DNA from: Herpetosiphon aurantiacus DSM 785
GTDB taxonomy: Bacteria; Chloroflexota; Chloroflexia; Chloroflexales; Herpetosiphonaceae
Assembly: GCA_000018565.1 (NCBI GenBank)
Contig: CP000875.1
Span: forward strand, 505,199 to 569,198
Length of the DNA: 64,000 nucleotides
Direction of reading: 5' to 3'
Part shown: piece by piece, positions 48,991 to 59,673 of the stretch
Position numbering within the stretch: the first letter of the stretch is position 1
Layout of the letters: the number at the start of each line of letters is the position of its first letter
Made by a program: the position numbers and the translations under genes
The notes under the pieces: generated by a model
What the model was told of the DNA's origin: nothing
Databases searched by the model: none
The model's input: only the letters and a program-made list of their open reading frames with translations

Positions 48991-51237
48991 ATGCCAGTTT
49001 CTCAAAAAAATACTCGCGATGGCGTAAGTGATCGCGCAAACAATCGCAAATCTGGCCGTGAAGGCTTCTCCGCTAGTAGCGGCGGCAGCGGTGGTAACCG
49101 TGGCGGCGGCGGTGGTGGCGGTGGCAACCGTGGCGGTGGTGGCGGTAGCGGTGGTAACCGCAATCGGCCTCAATCGCCTGGTGGTGCTCGTCCTGCCCGT
49201 AGCGGCGAAGACGATCGTAACCGCTCTGGTGGCGGCGGCGGTGGCGGTGGTGGCAACCGCAATAATAACCAAAGCCGTGGTGGCGGCGGCCCAGGTGGCA
49301 ATCGTGGTGGCGGCGGTGGCGGCGGTGGCGTTCCACCTCGTGGTAGCGGTGGCGTTCCACCCCGGGGCAGCGGTGGCCGTGGCCAAAACAACAATCAGCA
49401 AGGCGGTCGTGGCCGTGGTACGCCAATTATGGCTCGCCCAGTTGCTCCCGCCCGCCCACGTGGCCCAGTTGAGCTTGGGCCGGTCATGACGGTGCGTGAG
49501 TTATCCGAAGCACTCAGTGTTGGCGCAGCCGATATTATCAAAGAAATGCTCAAGCAAGGCATTTTGGCGAATATTAATCAGCAGCTTGATTATGAAACTG
49601 CCGCCGTGATTGCCGCCGAGTTTGATATCGAAACCTCTGAGCATGTGCCAGAACGGATGGCTGGCTTGGTTGATGATATTGGCGATGCGTTGCGGGCTGA
49701 AACAGCTGAAAATCTCAAAACCCGCCCACCAGTCGTCACGATCATGGGTCACGTTGACCACGGTAAGACCAAATTGCTCGATGCTGTGCGCTCAACCCGC
49801 GTGGCGGAAGGCGAAGCTGGCGGGATTACCCAGCACATTGGCGCGTATCAGGTTGAAATCCATGGCCGCAAAATTTCGTTCTTGGATACGCCTGGTCACG
49901 AAGCGTTTACCGCAATGCGGGCACGGGGAGCCACGGTTACCGATATTGTTATTTTGGTGGTAGCTGCCGACGACGGTGTGATGCCGCAAACGGCTGAGGC
50001 AATTGCCCACGTCAAAGCGGCTGGTGTGCCAATGATCGTGGCAATCAACAAAATCGATGTGCCTGGAGCCAATCCCGACCGCGTGCGCCAACAACTTGCT
50101 GGCGAAGGTGTAACTACCGAATCGTGGGGCGGCGATGTGCCCGATGTCGAAATTTCGGCCAAGCACAAGAAAAATATCGATGGCCTGTTGGATATGGTCT
50201 TGTTGGTCGCCGATTTGCAAGAATTGAAGGCCAACCCAGACAAACCAGCAATCGGTACAATCGTTGAAGCTGAGCTTGATAAAGGCCGTGGCCCAGTCGC
50301 AACCGTGCTGATTCAAAACGGCACGCTGCGCCAAGATGATATTGTGGTGGTCGGGGCAACCCACGGCAAGATTCGCGCAATGTTTACCGACATTGGCCGC
50401 CGGATTCGCATCGCTGAGCCAGCCACACCAGTCTCGATCATTGGGCTTTCAGAAGTGCCACAGGCTGGCGATATTTTGCAAGTGCTCGATGATCCACGGA
50501 TTGCCCGCGAGGTCGCAACGGTACGCCAACGCCAACGCCAAATGGAGCATATGGCCAATCAGCTTGGCAAAGCTACCACGCTTGATGAAGTGTACAAACA
50601 AATTCAAGCAGGCAAAATCAAAGATCTCAATATTATTCTCAAGGCTGACGTGCAAGGCTCAATTGGGGCAATCGAACACTCATTGGCTCAGTTGAACGAG
50701 AAACAAAGCGAGATCCAAATCAAGATTTTGCACCGTGGTACTGGCACAATCAGCGAATCGGACGTGAGCTTGGCCGTGGCTTCGCACGCGATTATCATTG
50801 GCTTTAATGCTCGGCCCGATGCTGCTGCACGCCGCAGCGCTGAAGCCAACGGGATTGATATTCGCTTCTACAACATCATTTACCAATTGATCGAAGACCT
50901 CAACAAGGCCATGATCGGGATGCTCGATCCTGAGATCAAAGAAGTAACCGATGGCTTTGCTGAAGTGCGCAATACCTTCCGCTTGCCATCACGCGAAGTT
51001 GTGGCTGGCTTGATGATGATCGACGGTAAAGTTACCCGTAACTCATTGGTACGGGTCTTGCGCTCAGGGGTCGTGCTGCACGATGGCCGAATTGGCTCGC
51101 TGCGCCGTTTCAAAGACGATGTGCGCGAAGTGCTTTCAGGCTATGAATGTGGGATTCAGATCGATGGCTTCAACGACATCGAAACTGGCGATACCATGGA
51201 ATTCTATCGCAAGGAAAAGATTATTCGTACCTCGTAA
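48991..51237 (+). CDS. infB: Translation initiation factor IF-2 with a Gly/Arg/Asn-rich N-terminal extension
   Basis: G-domain [20 protein letters not shown] aggagg. Confidence 0.97.
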   Translation: MPVSQKNTRDGVSDRANNRKSGREGFSASSGGSGGNRGGGGGGGGNRGGGGGSGGNRNRPQSPGGARPARSGEDDRNRSGGGGGGGGGNRNNNQSRGGGGPGGNRGGGGGGGGVPPRGSGGVPPRGSGGRGQNNNQQGGRGRGTPIMARPVAPARPRGPVELGPVMTVRELSEALSVGAADIIKEMLKQGILANINQQLDYETAAVIAAEFDIETSEHVPERMAGLVDDIGDALRAETAENLKTRPPVVTIMGHVDHGKTKLLDAVRSTRVAEGEAGGITQHIGAYQVEIHGRKISFLDTPGHEAFTAMRARGATVTDIVILVVAADDGVMPQTAEAIAHVKAAGVPMIVAINKIDVPGANPDRVRQQLAGEGVTTESWGGDVPDVEISAKHKKNIDGLLDMVLLVADLQELKANPDKPAIGTIVEAELDKGRGPVATVLIQNGTLRQDDIVVVGATHGKIRAMFTDIGRRIRIAEPATPVSIIGLSEVPQAGDILQVLDDPRIAREVATVRQRQRQMEHMANQLGKATTLDEVYKQIQAGKIKDLNIILKADVQGSIGAIEHSLAQLNEKQSEIQIKILHRGTGTISESDVSLAVASHAIIIGFNARPDAAARRSAEANGIDIRFYNIIYQLIEDLNKAMIGMLDPEIKEVTDGFAEVRNTFRLPSREVVAGLMMIDGKVTRNSLVRVLRSGVVLHDGRIGSLRRFKDDVREVLSGYECGIQIDGFNDIETGDTMEFYRKEKIIRTS

Positions 51238-51335
51238 GCTGAATTAAATTCTAGCGTGGAGACAAATAGATCTGTTGGCGACAGCAGATATATTTGTCTC
51301 CATTCTGCATTATCACTACCGTGGGAGTGACTGTT

Positions 51336-51716
51336 ATGGCAAAAAACAAACGAGTTGAACAAGTTGCTGAAGAAATCAAAACGATTTTGAGCAACGCGAT
51401 TCAATTTGAAATTCAAGATCCGCGCTTGGGGTTTGTAACCCTCACCAGCGTCAATGTTAGCCCAGATTTGTATCATGCCAATATTAATGTGAGCGTGATG
51501 GGCGATGATACAGCCCGTAAAGATTCGCTAGCAACGCTTGATCGAGCCAAGGGCTTTTTACGGCGTGAGCTTGGTCAACAAATGAAACTGCGAGCCGTGC
51601 CTGAGCTACATTTCCATCTTGACGTGACGATTGATACCCGTCAATATATGGACACGCTGTTTAACCAAGTCGATGAGGAACGGCGGGTTAATCCACCCAA
51701 ACTAGACGACGAATAA
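51336..51716 (+). CDS. rbfA: Ribosome-binding factor A
   Basis: RVEQVAEEIKTILSNAI...DPRLGFVTLTSVNVSPDL is typical of RbfA. RBS ggag before the ATG at 51336. Confidence 0.9.
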   Translation: MAKNKRVEQVAEEIKTILSNAIQFEIQDPRLGFVTLTSVNVSPDLYHANINVSVMGDDTARKDSLATLDRAKGFLRRELGQQMKLRAVPELHFHLDVTIDTRQYMDTLFNQVDEERRVNPPKLDDE

Positions 51717-51726
51717 GGATACCACG

Positions 51727-52719
51727 ATGCTGTATACCACTATTCAACAAGCGGCTCCAGCCTTGCGTGAAGCCATGACCGCCGCACGCCACATTTTGGT
51801 TACCTCGCATATCAATCCTGATGGCGATGCAGTTGGTTCGAGCATCGGGATCACCCGTATCCTACGGGCGATGGGCTGTCGGGTAACCATGGTTTTGCCA
51901 ACCGATCTGCCAAGTTTGGCGGTGGTGTTGCCCGATGCTCCCGAAGTTGGGGTCTATAGCCAGGGCGCAAGCTTGCCCGACGATGTTGATTTAGTGGTGT
52001 TAGTCGATACTGGCAGCATCTCGCGAATTGAACCGATTTTCAGTGCTGAACGCGCTTATTTGGCCCAGCGCCCGTTATTGGTGATCGATCATCATGCTAC
52101 GAACAGCGGCGAAGGTTTTTTAAATTTAGTCATGACCGAAGCAGCGGCAACCTGCGAAATTTTGGGGTTGCTGGCCCATGCTTGGAATCAAGCGATTGAT
52201 GCTGAAACTGCCACCGCGCTGTTGATGGGCTTGGTGACTGATACCCAAAGTTTCCAGACAGCGCATACTAGCCCGCGCACGTTGCGGGTGGCTGCCGATT
52301 TGTTGGCAGTTGGTGGGCGCTTGAATGATGTGATGCGTTCGATGATGTATGGCAAGCCATTTGCCCATGCCAAAGCGTTGGGCTTAGCGATGGAGCGCAT
52401 GCACGACGAAGGCGATATCATCTGGACTGAATTTACCCAAGCCATGCAACAAGGTACCGGGGCTGACGATGAGGCAGGCGATGAAATTACCGCTTATCTT
52501 AGCCGTGTGGCCACCGCCAAAGCCTATGTATTATTTAAAGAGCGGCGTGATGGCACGGTCAAAATCAGCTTGCGCTCCAAACCTGGCATCGATGTTGGCA
52601 GCGTGGCCCATGCCTTGGGTGGTGGTGGCCATCGCGAGGCAGCTGGCGCAACCTTGCAAATGGGCTTGGCCGAGGCTCGCGATTTGGTGTTAGGTGAATT
52701 ACGGGCTGCCTTAGCCTAA
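51727..52719 (+). CDS. nrnA: DHH-family phosphoesterase (NrnA-like oligoribonuclease / pAp phosphatase)
   Basis: DHH motif (VIDHHA), and DHHA1 with GGGH near the C-terminus. Confidence 0.85.
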   Translation: MLYTTIQQAAPALREAMTAARHILVTSHINPDGDAVGSSIGITRILRAMGCRVTMVLPTDLPSLAVVLPDAPEVGVYSQGASLPDDVDLVVLVDTGSISRIEPIFSAERAYLAQRPLLVIDHHATNSGEGFLNLVMTEAAATCEILGLLAHAWNQAIDAETATALLMGLVTDTQSFQTAHTSPRTLRVAADLLAVGGRLNDVMRSMMYGKPFAHAKALGLAMERMHDEGDIIWTEFTQAMQQGTGADDEAGDEITAYLSRVATAKAYVLFKERRDGTVKISLRSKPGIDVGSVAHALGGGGHREAAGATLQMGLAEARDLVLGELRAALA

Positions 52720-52758
52720 ATCAATAGAAAGGTTGTTGGCTCGTTAATCAACGGGGCA

Positions 52759-53643
52759 TTGTTAGCTATGCTGCATGGATTTTTAAACATTGATAAACCT
52801 CAAGGCATAACCTCGACCGATGTGGTGCGGGTGGTCAAACGTAATGCGCGTCAAAAACGCGTTGGTCATGGCGGCACGCTTGATCCCATGGCAACGGGCG
52901 TGCTGCCGATTGCTTTGGGCAACGCCACGCGCTTGCTCGAATATCTGCTTGAGGAAGAGCGAAAAGCCTATACTGCAACCCTTCGACTGGGCATTACCAC
53001 TGATAGCGATGATGTTGAGGGCGCAGTGATCGCCGAAGCACCGATTCCGCCACTTGATCCAGCCTTGATTGAAAGCGTGCTCAGCCAATTTCGCGGCGCG
53101 ATCAACCAAGTTCCGCCGCAATATGCAGCAATTCGCGTCGATGGTAAGCGCATGTATGAATATGCCCGCGAAGGCAAGCATATCGAGTTGCCCGCCCGCC
53201 CAATCACCATTGAGCAACTTGATCTCTTGGCATGGGATGCCCAGCAATTAACGATTGCCGTTGATTGCAGCAAAGGCACCTATATTCGAGCGATTGCCCG
53301 TGATATTGGGGCATTGCTCGGTTGTGGTGCGCATTTAACTGCCTTACGCCGTACCCGCGCTGGAGCCTTTGATCTGAGCAACAGCATTGGCTTGGCCGAG
53401 CTTGATCAACAACCTGAGGTTTTTGCCGCAGCTTTATTGCCACCGCAGGCAGCAATTGCCAACTGGCCATTAATTAATTTGGCTGATGCGATTGTGGCGG
53501 ATGTGCGCATGGGTCGAGTTGTGCAGGTTGATAGCCAAGCCGAACGGGTTGGGTTGCTCGATCAAGCAGGCCAATTGGTAGCGATTGCCGTATTGCGTGA
53601 AGCTGGCTATCAGCCAATCAAGGTCTTTGCCGCCGAGGAATAA
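52759..53643 (+). CDS. truB: tRNA pseudouridine(55) synthase TruB
   Basis: GFLNIDKPQGITS and the catalytic GHGGTLDP motif. Confidence 0.92.
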   Translation: MLAMLHGFLNIDKPQGITSTDVVRVVKRNARQKRVGHGGTLDPMATGVLPIALGNATRLLEYLLEEERKAYTATLRLGITTDSDDVEGAVIAEAPIPPLDPALIESVLSQFRGAINQVPPQYAAIRVDGKRMYEYAREGKHIELPARPITIEQLDLLAWDAQQLTIAVDCSKGTYIRAIARDIGALLGCGAHLTALRRTRAGAFDLSNSIGLAELDQQPEVFAAALLPPQAAIANWPLINLADAIVADVRMGRVVQVDSQAERVGLLDQAGQLVAIAVLREAGYQPIKVFAAEE

Positions 53644-53767
53644 AAGCTGAGGCTATGGGCTTTTGGCGCTAGGGATTTATGGTCTATCCCAAACAAACTT
53701 CCGCTTGCCCAGAGCCTTCAGCCTAGAGCCTTATGCTCTGCTTTGTTAATAACGAACCCTTGAACTT

Positions 53768-54262
53768 CTAATGCGTCGCGTATGGTAAATAAACGAAATT
53801 GGCAGGCACGACTTTGAATGTGCGGGTGACACTTTGGCCTTGAAACGAACCACAATCATACTCAACATGCCAATTCCAAGCTTCTAAGGCATCGGCGGGG
53901 AGTGCTTGGGTTTGGGTATAGCTATAGGTAAATGACGATGGTGGTGGGCCAGAACCCATAGTGCCATTGAAAATATAGTTGCGATCGCCTGGGCCATTGA
54001 GGTAGATTTTGTGACCACAACGTGGGCCTTGCCAATTAAACGTCCATGAATTTGGGGCAATAGGTTGTGCCAAAACGGCATTATCGGCTGGTGATTGTAA
54101 AACTGATTCTGGCGGCGGAGTTGCAGTTGGCCCACCGCTGGCTTGCACAAGCTTGGTTGATGTTGCTGAATTAGCATTACCAGGATCAACCACAATACCG
54201 ACGACGAACAGTCCGATCAGCCCTATCAAAAGCATAGAACCTAAGCGTTTGATCCAATCCAT
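53768..54262 (-). CDS. Signal-anchored hypothetical secreted protein
   Basis: N-terminal TM LLIGLIGLFVVGIVV. No recognisable domain. Confidence 0.5.
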   Translation of the reverse strand: MDWIKRLGSMLLIGLIGLFVVGIVVDPGNANSATSTKLVQASGGPTATPPPESVLQSPADNAVLAQPIAPNSWTFNWQGPRCGHKIYLNGPGDRNYIFNGTMGSGPPPSSFTYSYTQTQALPADALEAWNWHVEYDCGSFQGQSVTRTFKVVPANFVYLPYATH

Positions 54263-54573
54263 ACCATCCTCCTAAACCATAGCCTCAGCTGTATCAATAA
54301 CAGCTAATATGCTATAGATTGATGGTAGTTTTTTCGGGTGCAATACACAATAGCCGATCATGGCTAGATTTACGCAGGATATGAGGATTATCAAGCTGAA
54401 ATTTAAATCTGACCTCTGATTCACTAGAACCTGACCCCTCGTACCTCTGTGTCTTTGGCTTAAAATCCAAATCTTCGCCCCCAACCCTTGAATGATCTTC
54501 AAATAGTGAAAAAAAAAGTGTTGTGTGTATCTAAATCTAGTGAAGCATATTCATCCTAGATTTGGAGGCTTTT

Positions 54574-55398
54574 ATGCCGGTTGTTGGAACTGCTCCCGTA
54601 AAGCCGTGCCCTCAATGTCAATTTCGTAATAAGTCTAGCGCAACATGTTGCCAAAAGTGTGGGCAAAATTTGGCTGCTGCACAAGCGCCTCAATCATATC
54701 AGCCAATCGCTCGCCCTACGGTTATCCCATCCGTTAATACAAGCATGGCAACTCCAACAACCAAGCCAATTGCCCCAACATCAATCCAGCTTTCGCCAAA
54801 CTCGGCTAGGAGTATGCTTCAGCCAAATCGCCAGCAATTATTGGCACAGCTGCAAATGTTTGCTTATGGCCTGATTGGCTTAGGAGCAGTCATTCTGGTT
54901 GGGTTAATCTTTGGTCTCTTTGTTAAAGGAGGCCTGAGCGGCGATTTAGGGGGTATTTTAGGTGGTGGGGTTGAGATTGGAGGCAGTGCTATCCATCTTT
55001 TGCTGTTATTACTTGCAACTTTATTTGAGGCGGGATTATCCAATGGAGGGATTATCGCCTTCGTTGTAATTATTATCATCCTGCTATTGCCTGCATATGC
55101 AATTTTTGCTATTACAACTGGCTCAAAAATCGCTAAGGCAATTATATTAAATCAAATGCCCTATTCTATAAAAAATCTTCAAATATTTAGCGGAATAATG
55201 ATCGGATTTTTTGGATTGATCTATGCATTAACTAATATTCAATTTAAGATGAATAGTAATGGGTTAGGAGGCTTTGGCGCGGAGGCTGGAATTGGTTTAG
55301 GATGGGGATTTACATTAAGTCTTTTCATAATGTTAGGAATATTTATTGGCTGTATTTGGTATAAAAATATAGCATTAAAACTTTTAGTTAACCCATAA
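54574..55398 (+). CDS. Zinc-ribbon (CPQC...CQKC) N-terminal domain fused to a Gly-rich 4-TM membrane domain; first gene of the vWA-PP2C-kinase module
   Basis: RBS ggagg. Double CxxC motifs in the first 30 aa. Four hydrophobic helices. Confidence 0.7.
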   Translation: MPVVGTAPVKPCPQCQFRNKSSATCCQKCGQNLAAAQAPQSYQPIARPTVIPSVNTSMATPTTKPIAPTSIQLSPNSARSMLQPNRQQLLAQLQMFAYGLIGLGAVILVGLIFGLFVKGGLSGDLGGILGGGVEIGGSAIHLLLLLLATLFEAGLSNGGIIAFVVIIIILLLPAYAIFAITTGSKIAKAIILNQMPYSIKNLQIFSGIMIGFFGLIYALTNIQFKMNSNGLGGFGAEAGIGLGWGFTLSLFIMLGIFIGCIWYKNIALKLLVNP

Positions 55399-55408
55399 AG
55401 GAGCAATT

Positions 55409-56077
55409 ATGGAATACGGATTAGAAAGCCCAATCAACTACGAACAAAAATGTCTGTGCATTCTAGTTGTTGATACATCAGGATCGATGCAAGGCAGGCC
55501 TATTGATGAATTGAATCAAGGTTTACAAGTATTTCATCAAGATATTAGCAATAGTTTTTCAACTGCCCAACGACTAGAAATCTGCCTTGTTGAATTCAAT
55601 AGTCAAGCTGATTGTATTGTTGAGCCTAGCTTAGTCGATCAATTTCATATGCCGATTTTGGCTGTTGCTGGCACAACCAAGTTGGTTGATGGGGTTAGGC
55701 TAGCGATTCATAAAGTCCAGGAACGCAAAAGCTGGTATCGTTCAACCGGACAACCCTATTATCGGCCTTGGATTATTTTAATGACTGATGGTGAGCCAGA
55801 TAGCGATCAAGATGTGGCTGGCTTGGCGCGTGAGATTCAGCATGGGGTCAACAATAAACAATTTGTCTTTTTTCCAATTGGGGTACAAGGGGCTGATATG
55901 CGTATGTTGCAACAGATTAGCACCCCTGATCGTCCTCCGATGCTGTTGCAAGGTTTACGCTTTGAAGCATTTTTTGACTGGTTAAGTGCAAGCCTATCAA
56001 TGGTTGCCAGTTCAACTGATGGTCAAGTTATTCAGTTACCATCAACAAGCGGTTGGGGAATTCTTCCCGTATCCTAA
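55409..56077 (+). CDS. von Willebrand factor A domain protein (TerY-like)
   Basis: MIDAS motif DTSGSM, plus downstream T (TKLVDG) and D (MTDGEPD) motifs. 10 nt after the previous gene. Confidence 0.85.
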   Translation: MEYGLESPINYEQKCLCILVVDTSGSMQGRPIDELNQGLQVFHQDISNSFSTAQRLEICLVEFNSQADCIVEPSLVDQFHMPILAVAGTTKLVDGVRLAIHKVQERKSWYRSTGQPYYRPWIILMTDGEPDSDQDVAGLAREIQHGVNNKQFVFFPIGVQGADMRMLQQISTPDRPPMLLQGLRFEAFFDWLSASLSMVASSTDGQVIQLPSTSGWGILPVS

Positions 56078-56133
56078 AATTGGTTGAGGTTAGTCGGCCA
56101 AAACTGACTAACCTCTTTTTTAAGGATGATCTG

Positions 56134-57549
56134 ATGAAACAGAATCAACGACCGCTTATTTTTGGGTTATTTACGCTGCTCCTGCTGAGTAGTATGCTGA
56201 TTGGCTTGCTCTTGATTCGGTTATCTACAACGAAGCAGCAAGCAACTGTGCCGAACCAGCAAGCAGCTACAACGAAACAGCAAGCAACCGCAACAAAGCA
56301 GCAACCAATTGCCAATTCACGTTCAATGACCATCACTCAATCAATCCTGCTTGCTACGCTTGAAGCGATCCCAGCCCCGATACCGACAATCGCGCCAATC
56401 TCTAATTCTGACCTAGCTAAGCTCGACCTTGCCAAACCAACACCTGTTCTTCGAGCCGCAAATAATACTAAGAATGACCTAATCACAGGCTTTTTATGGT
56501 TGAGTGTGCTCATACTTGGCGGATATTTTTTATGGTCACGGTGGTTGGGTTCGCTTCAACTCTTGCCACAAGATCATCCTCGGCCTACGCAGTCTAGGCC
56601 GAAATCATTGGCCACGCCGCCAATTAATCCTGTCCAGCCAAAGCCCAGCCCAGCTATTGTTCCTATGCCTGCCAGCAGCCCTAGACCAACAGCTGAGCCT
56701 AGGAGACGTAATGCTAACTATCAATTACATATATTTCAAGATTCGGTCATCGGGCTGAGCCATACTCAACACGGCTTGCCATGTCAAGATAGCTCAGCTC
56801 ATAGAGCGCTGGATAATGGCTGGGGAGTTGCAGTAGTGGCTGATGGGTTGGGCAGTCGTAAATTATCAGATCGTGGCTCGCAATTTGTGGTTAAACACAC
56901 CTGTGAAAAACTATTTGATCTATTGCACCACTATGCTTGGCATAAAACCAACCAATTACCCACAGAGCAGCAATGGCAGGGCTATGTGAAGGCTGCTTTT
57001 TATGATGTTTATAAGGAATTACTCCAGGAAGCTAAAGTAAACGATCAATCGATTCATGAGTATGCCTGCACATTAATCAGTGTTATTTATAGCCCAATTG
57101 GCATTTTGGTGGCTCATGTAGGTGATGGTCGGGCTGGTTATAGCGATCGGTATGGTCAATGGCATTCGATGATTACGCCCCATAAGGGTGAAGAAGCCAA
57201 TGAGGTGATGCCGTTTACTGCCGATCAAGTCTGGAAAAATCCTCAAGAGCTGATCGAATGTCGGGTGATTCAAGAACCTATTTGTGGGTTTGTCTTGATG
57301 TCTGATGGATGCGAGAAACATACCTTCCAGTGTAGTCAATTTGATCAAGCGAATGAGCGTTGGCACGACCCAAATCAACCACATCAACAATTTTTTGATC
57401 GGTTACAACAACTATTTCGTGAACAAAAACAAAAAGGTTGTAAAGCTGAAGAATTAAAAAAGATGTTTAAAGATATTCTATTGCGAGGGACTACAGGTTT
57501 TGCAAATGAGTCAGATGATAAAACCATGATTCTTGGTTTGTGGATCTAG
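56134..57549 (+). CDS. Membrane-anchored PP2C-family Ser/Thr phosphatase with a Gln/Thr-rich repeat linker
   Basis: N-terminal TM. QQAT.TKQQAT repeats. PP2C motifs VVADGLGS, VAHVGDGRAGY, VLMSDGCE. Confidence 0.8.
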   Translation: MKQNQRPLIFGLFTLLLLSSMLIGLLLIRLSTTKQQATVPNQQAATTKQQATATKQQPIANSRSMTITQSILLATLEAIPAPIPTIAPISNSDLAKLDLAKPTPVLRAANNTKNDLITGFLWLSVLILGGYFLWSRWLGSLQLLPQDHPRPTQSRPKSLATPPINPVQPKPSPAIVPMPASSPRPTAEPRRRNANYQLHIFQDSVIGLSHTQHGLPCQDSSAHRALDNGWGVAVVADGLGSRKLSDRGSQFVVKHTCEKLFDLLHHYAWHKTNQLPTEQQWQGYVKAAFYDVYKELLQEAKVNDQSIHEYACTLISVIYSPIGILVAHVGDGRAGYSDRYGQWHSMITPHKGEEANEVMPFTADQVWKNPQELIECRVIQEPICGFVLMSDGCEKHTFQCSQFDQANERWHDPNQPHQQFFDRLQQLFREQKQKGCKAEELKKMFKDILLRGTTGFANESDDKTMILGLWI

Positions 57550-57568
57550 GCATGATATAAGGATTTTA

Positions 57569-58771
57569 ATGATGACTTTTAGCTATCGAACCAAACAGCA
57601 TATCCATGTTCAACTTGATCAGCTGAATCCGCTTGGTAAGGGTGGCGAAGGTAGTGTCTATTCTGTTATCAATACGCCGAACTACCCTAATCACTGTGCA
57701 AAAATTTTTCATCCTAACCGATTAACTGCTGATTTAGAGCGAAAAATTAACTTTATGGTCGATAATCAACCTTCAACTCTCATAAGTACAAATTATCGGA
57801 TTGCTTGGCCGATTGCTTCGTTATATCACAATAAAAAATTCTATGGTTTTATTATGCCAAAAGCATTTGATAAAAGTATTGGCCTTGAGCGTGTAACTCA
57901 ACCTCAGATTAGCCTCAAAGGTATTGATACTCAATGGATTAAATATCAGCGCAATGATAAACAAGGGATGATTAATTGTTTTAAAGTTTGTGTAAATATT
58001 GCCTTCATTGTTAACCTTATTCATCAAATGAAAAAATATACCTTTGTTGATCTAAAACCTCAAAATATTTTAGTTAACCTCAATGGTTTTGTATCGATTA
58101 CCGATATTGATTCGATGCAAGTGTATGATCCTCAGAAAAATCTGTATTATAAATCTGTAGTTTCTACTGCTGAATACTCGCCACCTGAATATCAAAGCTA
58201 CTTGAAAAAAGGAGGAAATATCACACAAGAATGGGATAATTTTTCGATGGCAGTAATTTTTTATCAATTAATGACCGGGGTTCACCCGTTTGCCGCAACA
58301 TTTGGTGGTAAATTTAGTAATTCAACAACAATTGATGATCATATTAGCCAAAGCTTATTTGTATTTGGAGATAATCGGCAGACAATAACGAAATTGCCAC
58401 CATTACATACATATTATCAGCAAATTCCATTGAATATTCAACAATTATTTTTACGAGCATTTGATAAACCAGTCAGCCAGCGCCCAACTGCCGAAGAGTG
58501 GGGGCAGAATCTATTTGAGTTAGTTTCTAAGGATTCGCATTTGATCGCATCGAACACAGCAGTTGCGGCGCTGGCATTACCAGTAAAATCAGCCTTGAAG
58601 CCGGCTGCTCAATCAACAACTGGCCATGTTCAGATGTTCCAATTAACGAAGGCTTCCACTCATAGTCAGGGGTCTCAATCAACGAAAGCTCCACATAAGA
58701 GTTATGCTTGGGTTGGTTGGCTGATTGTGCTCGTTTGTATTATTGTGGTGATTGCTGTTGCCAACGCCTAA
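57569..58771 (+). CDS. Atypical eukaryotic-like Ser/Thr protein kinase with a C-terminal TM anchor
   Basis: G-loop LGKGGEGSVY. Lysine region CAKIF. Catalytic loop FVDLKPQNILVN. ITDIDS in the DFG position. YSPPEY in the APE position. C-terminal helix WVGWLIVLVCIIVVIAV. Confidence 0.8.
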   Translation: MMTFSYRTKQHIHVQLDQLNPLGKGGEGSVYSVINTPNYPNHCAKIFHPNRLTADLERKINFMVDNQPSTLISTNYRIAWPIASLYHNKKFYGFIMPKAFDKSIGLERVTQPQISLKGIDTQWIKYQRNDKQGMINCFKVCVNIAFIVNLIHQMKKYTFVDLKPQNILVNLNGFVSITDIDSMQVYDPQKNLYYKSVVSTAEYSPPEYQSYLKKGGNITQEWDNFSMAVIFYQLMTGVHPFAATFGGKFSNSTTIDDHISQSLFVFGDNRQTITKLPPLHTYYQQIPLNIQQLFLRAFDKPVSQRPTAEEWGQNLFELVSKDSHLIASNTAVAALALPVKSALKPAAQSTTGHVQMFQLTKASTHSQGSQSTKAPHKSYAWVGWLIVLVCIIVVIAVANA

Positions 58772-59673
58772 AGGCCAATAATGCCGCGCCGACGCAAAAA
58801 GGGCAAGATACTTTGTTCAAGTGGGCGATCGGTGCGGATGCCAGCATAGGTTGCGCCATAGCGTTGACATACTTGTTCGTGCATGCGTACCCAACGAACT
58901 AATTTTTCGCGATAGGCTTTGTGCGTTTGTTGATCAAGCTCAAGCGCCAGTACTTGGCCAGTTTCGCTATCCTCGAATTCGACTGGGCCAGTCAGGGTCG
59001 GCTTAATTTCTTCGGGGTGCAGTAGATGCAAGACGACAACTTGCCAAACTGGTGGAGCGGCAGCCCGCAGCAATGGCTCTAAATCGCTTGTCCATAAATC
59101 TGAAATAATTAAAAGCATGCCGCCAGCACTGCGCCGAACTGCTTGAATAACTGGGGTGAATGAGGTTTGTTCAGCCCAGTTCAAATTGCTTAAATAACGC
59201 AGCATATCAGGGCCACGCGCCCGACTGACCATCGGCCCAAATGGCTTGATTAATTTGCTGGTGAAGGGCCAAATTGTGGTTTGATCGTTTGAGGTTAGGC
59301 CGAGGTAGCCCAGCATTGCCGCTAATCGCAAGGCATAACGGCCTTTGTGCAACTCACCATGGCCCCAATCCAACGAGGCTGAGCAATCCAAGGCGATGGT
59401 TACATTAATATCTTGCTCGGTTTCGCCCAGTTTGAGATGCAAATCTTCGTGACGGGCATAGGCAAACCAATCAACGTGGCGCAGATCATCGCCTGGGCTA
59501 TAGGCGCGATGGTCGCTAAATGTTGGTGCGGGCAAGCGGCGGCGTGAGGCATGTTCGCCACTCAAACCACCACGCAAGTTACGGCGCGAACGCAAGGCCA
59601 AGCGCTCGATCCGCGCTAAAAATTCTGGGTTGAATAGATCGCCGCTAGCGCCCGAAGTAGTCTTGAATCGCAT
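58768..59673 (-). CDS. DUF58 domain protein (vWA-like; the usual MoxR partner)
   Basis: GDDLRHVDWFAYAR...INVTIALDCSASL is the DUF58 signature. Start set at MRFKTTSG to remove the overlap with the upstream gene. Confidence 0.8.
   Translation of the reverse strand: MRFKTTSGASGDLFNPEFLARIERLALRSRRNLRGGLSGEHASRRRLPAPTFSDHRAYSPGDDLRHVDWFAYARHEDLHLKLGETEQDINVTIALDCSASLDWGHGELHKGRYALRLAAMLGYLGLTSNDQTTIWPFTSKLIKPFGPMVSRARGPDMLRYLSNLNWAEQTSFTPVIQAVRRSAGGMLLIISDLWTSDLEPLLRAAAPPVWQVVVLHLLHPEEIKPTLTGPVEFEDSETGQVLALELDQQTHKAYREKLVRWVRMHEQVCQRYGATYAGIRTDRPLEQSILPFLRRRGIIGL

Noticed and set aside
48976-49489. Several long ORFs on both strands inside the infB 5' region (e.g. 48976..49401 -, 49028..49489 +, 49073..49426 -)
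   Set aside because: These are artefacts of the GGC/GGT-rich repeat encoding the Gly-rich IF-2 N-terminus. Translated, they are low-complexity Ala/Thr/Val or His/Arg strings, and they overlap a certain gene.
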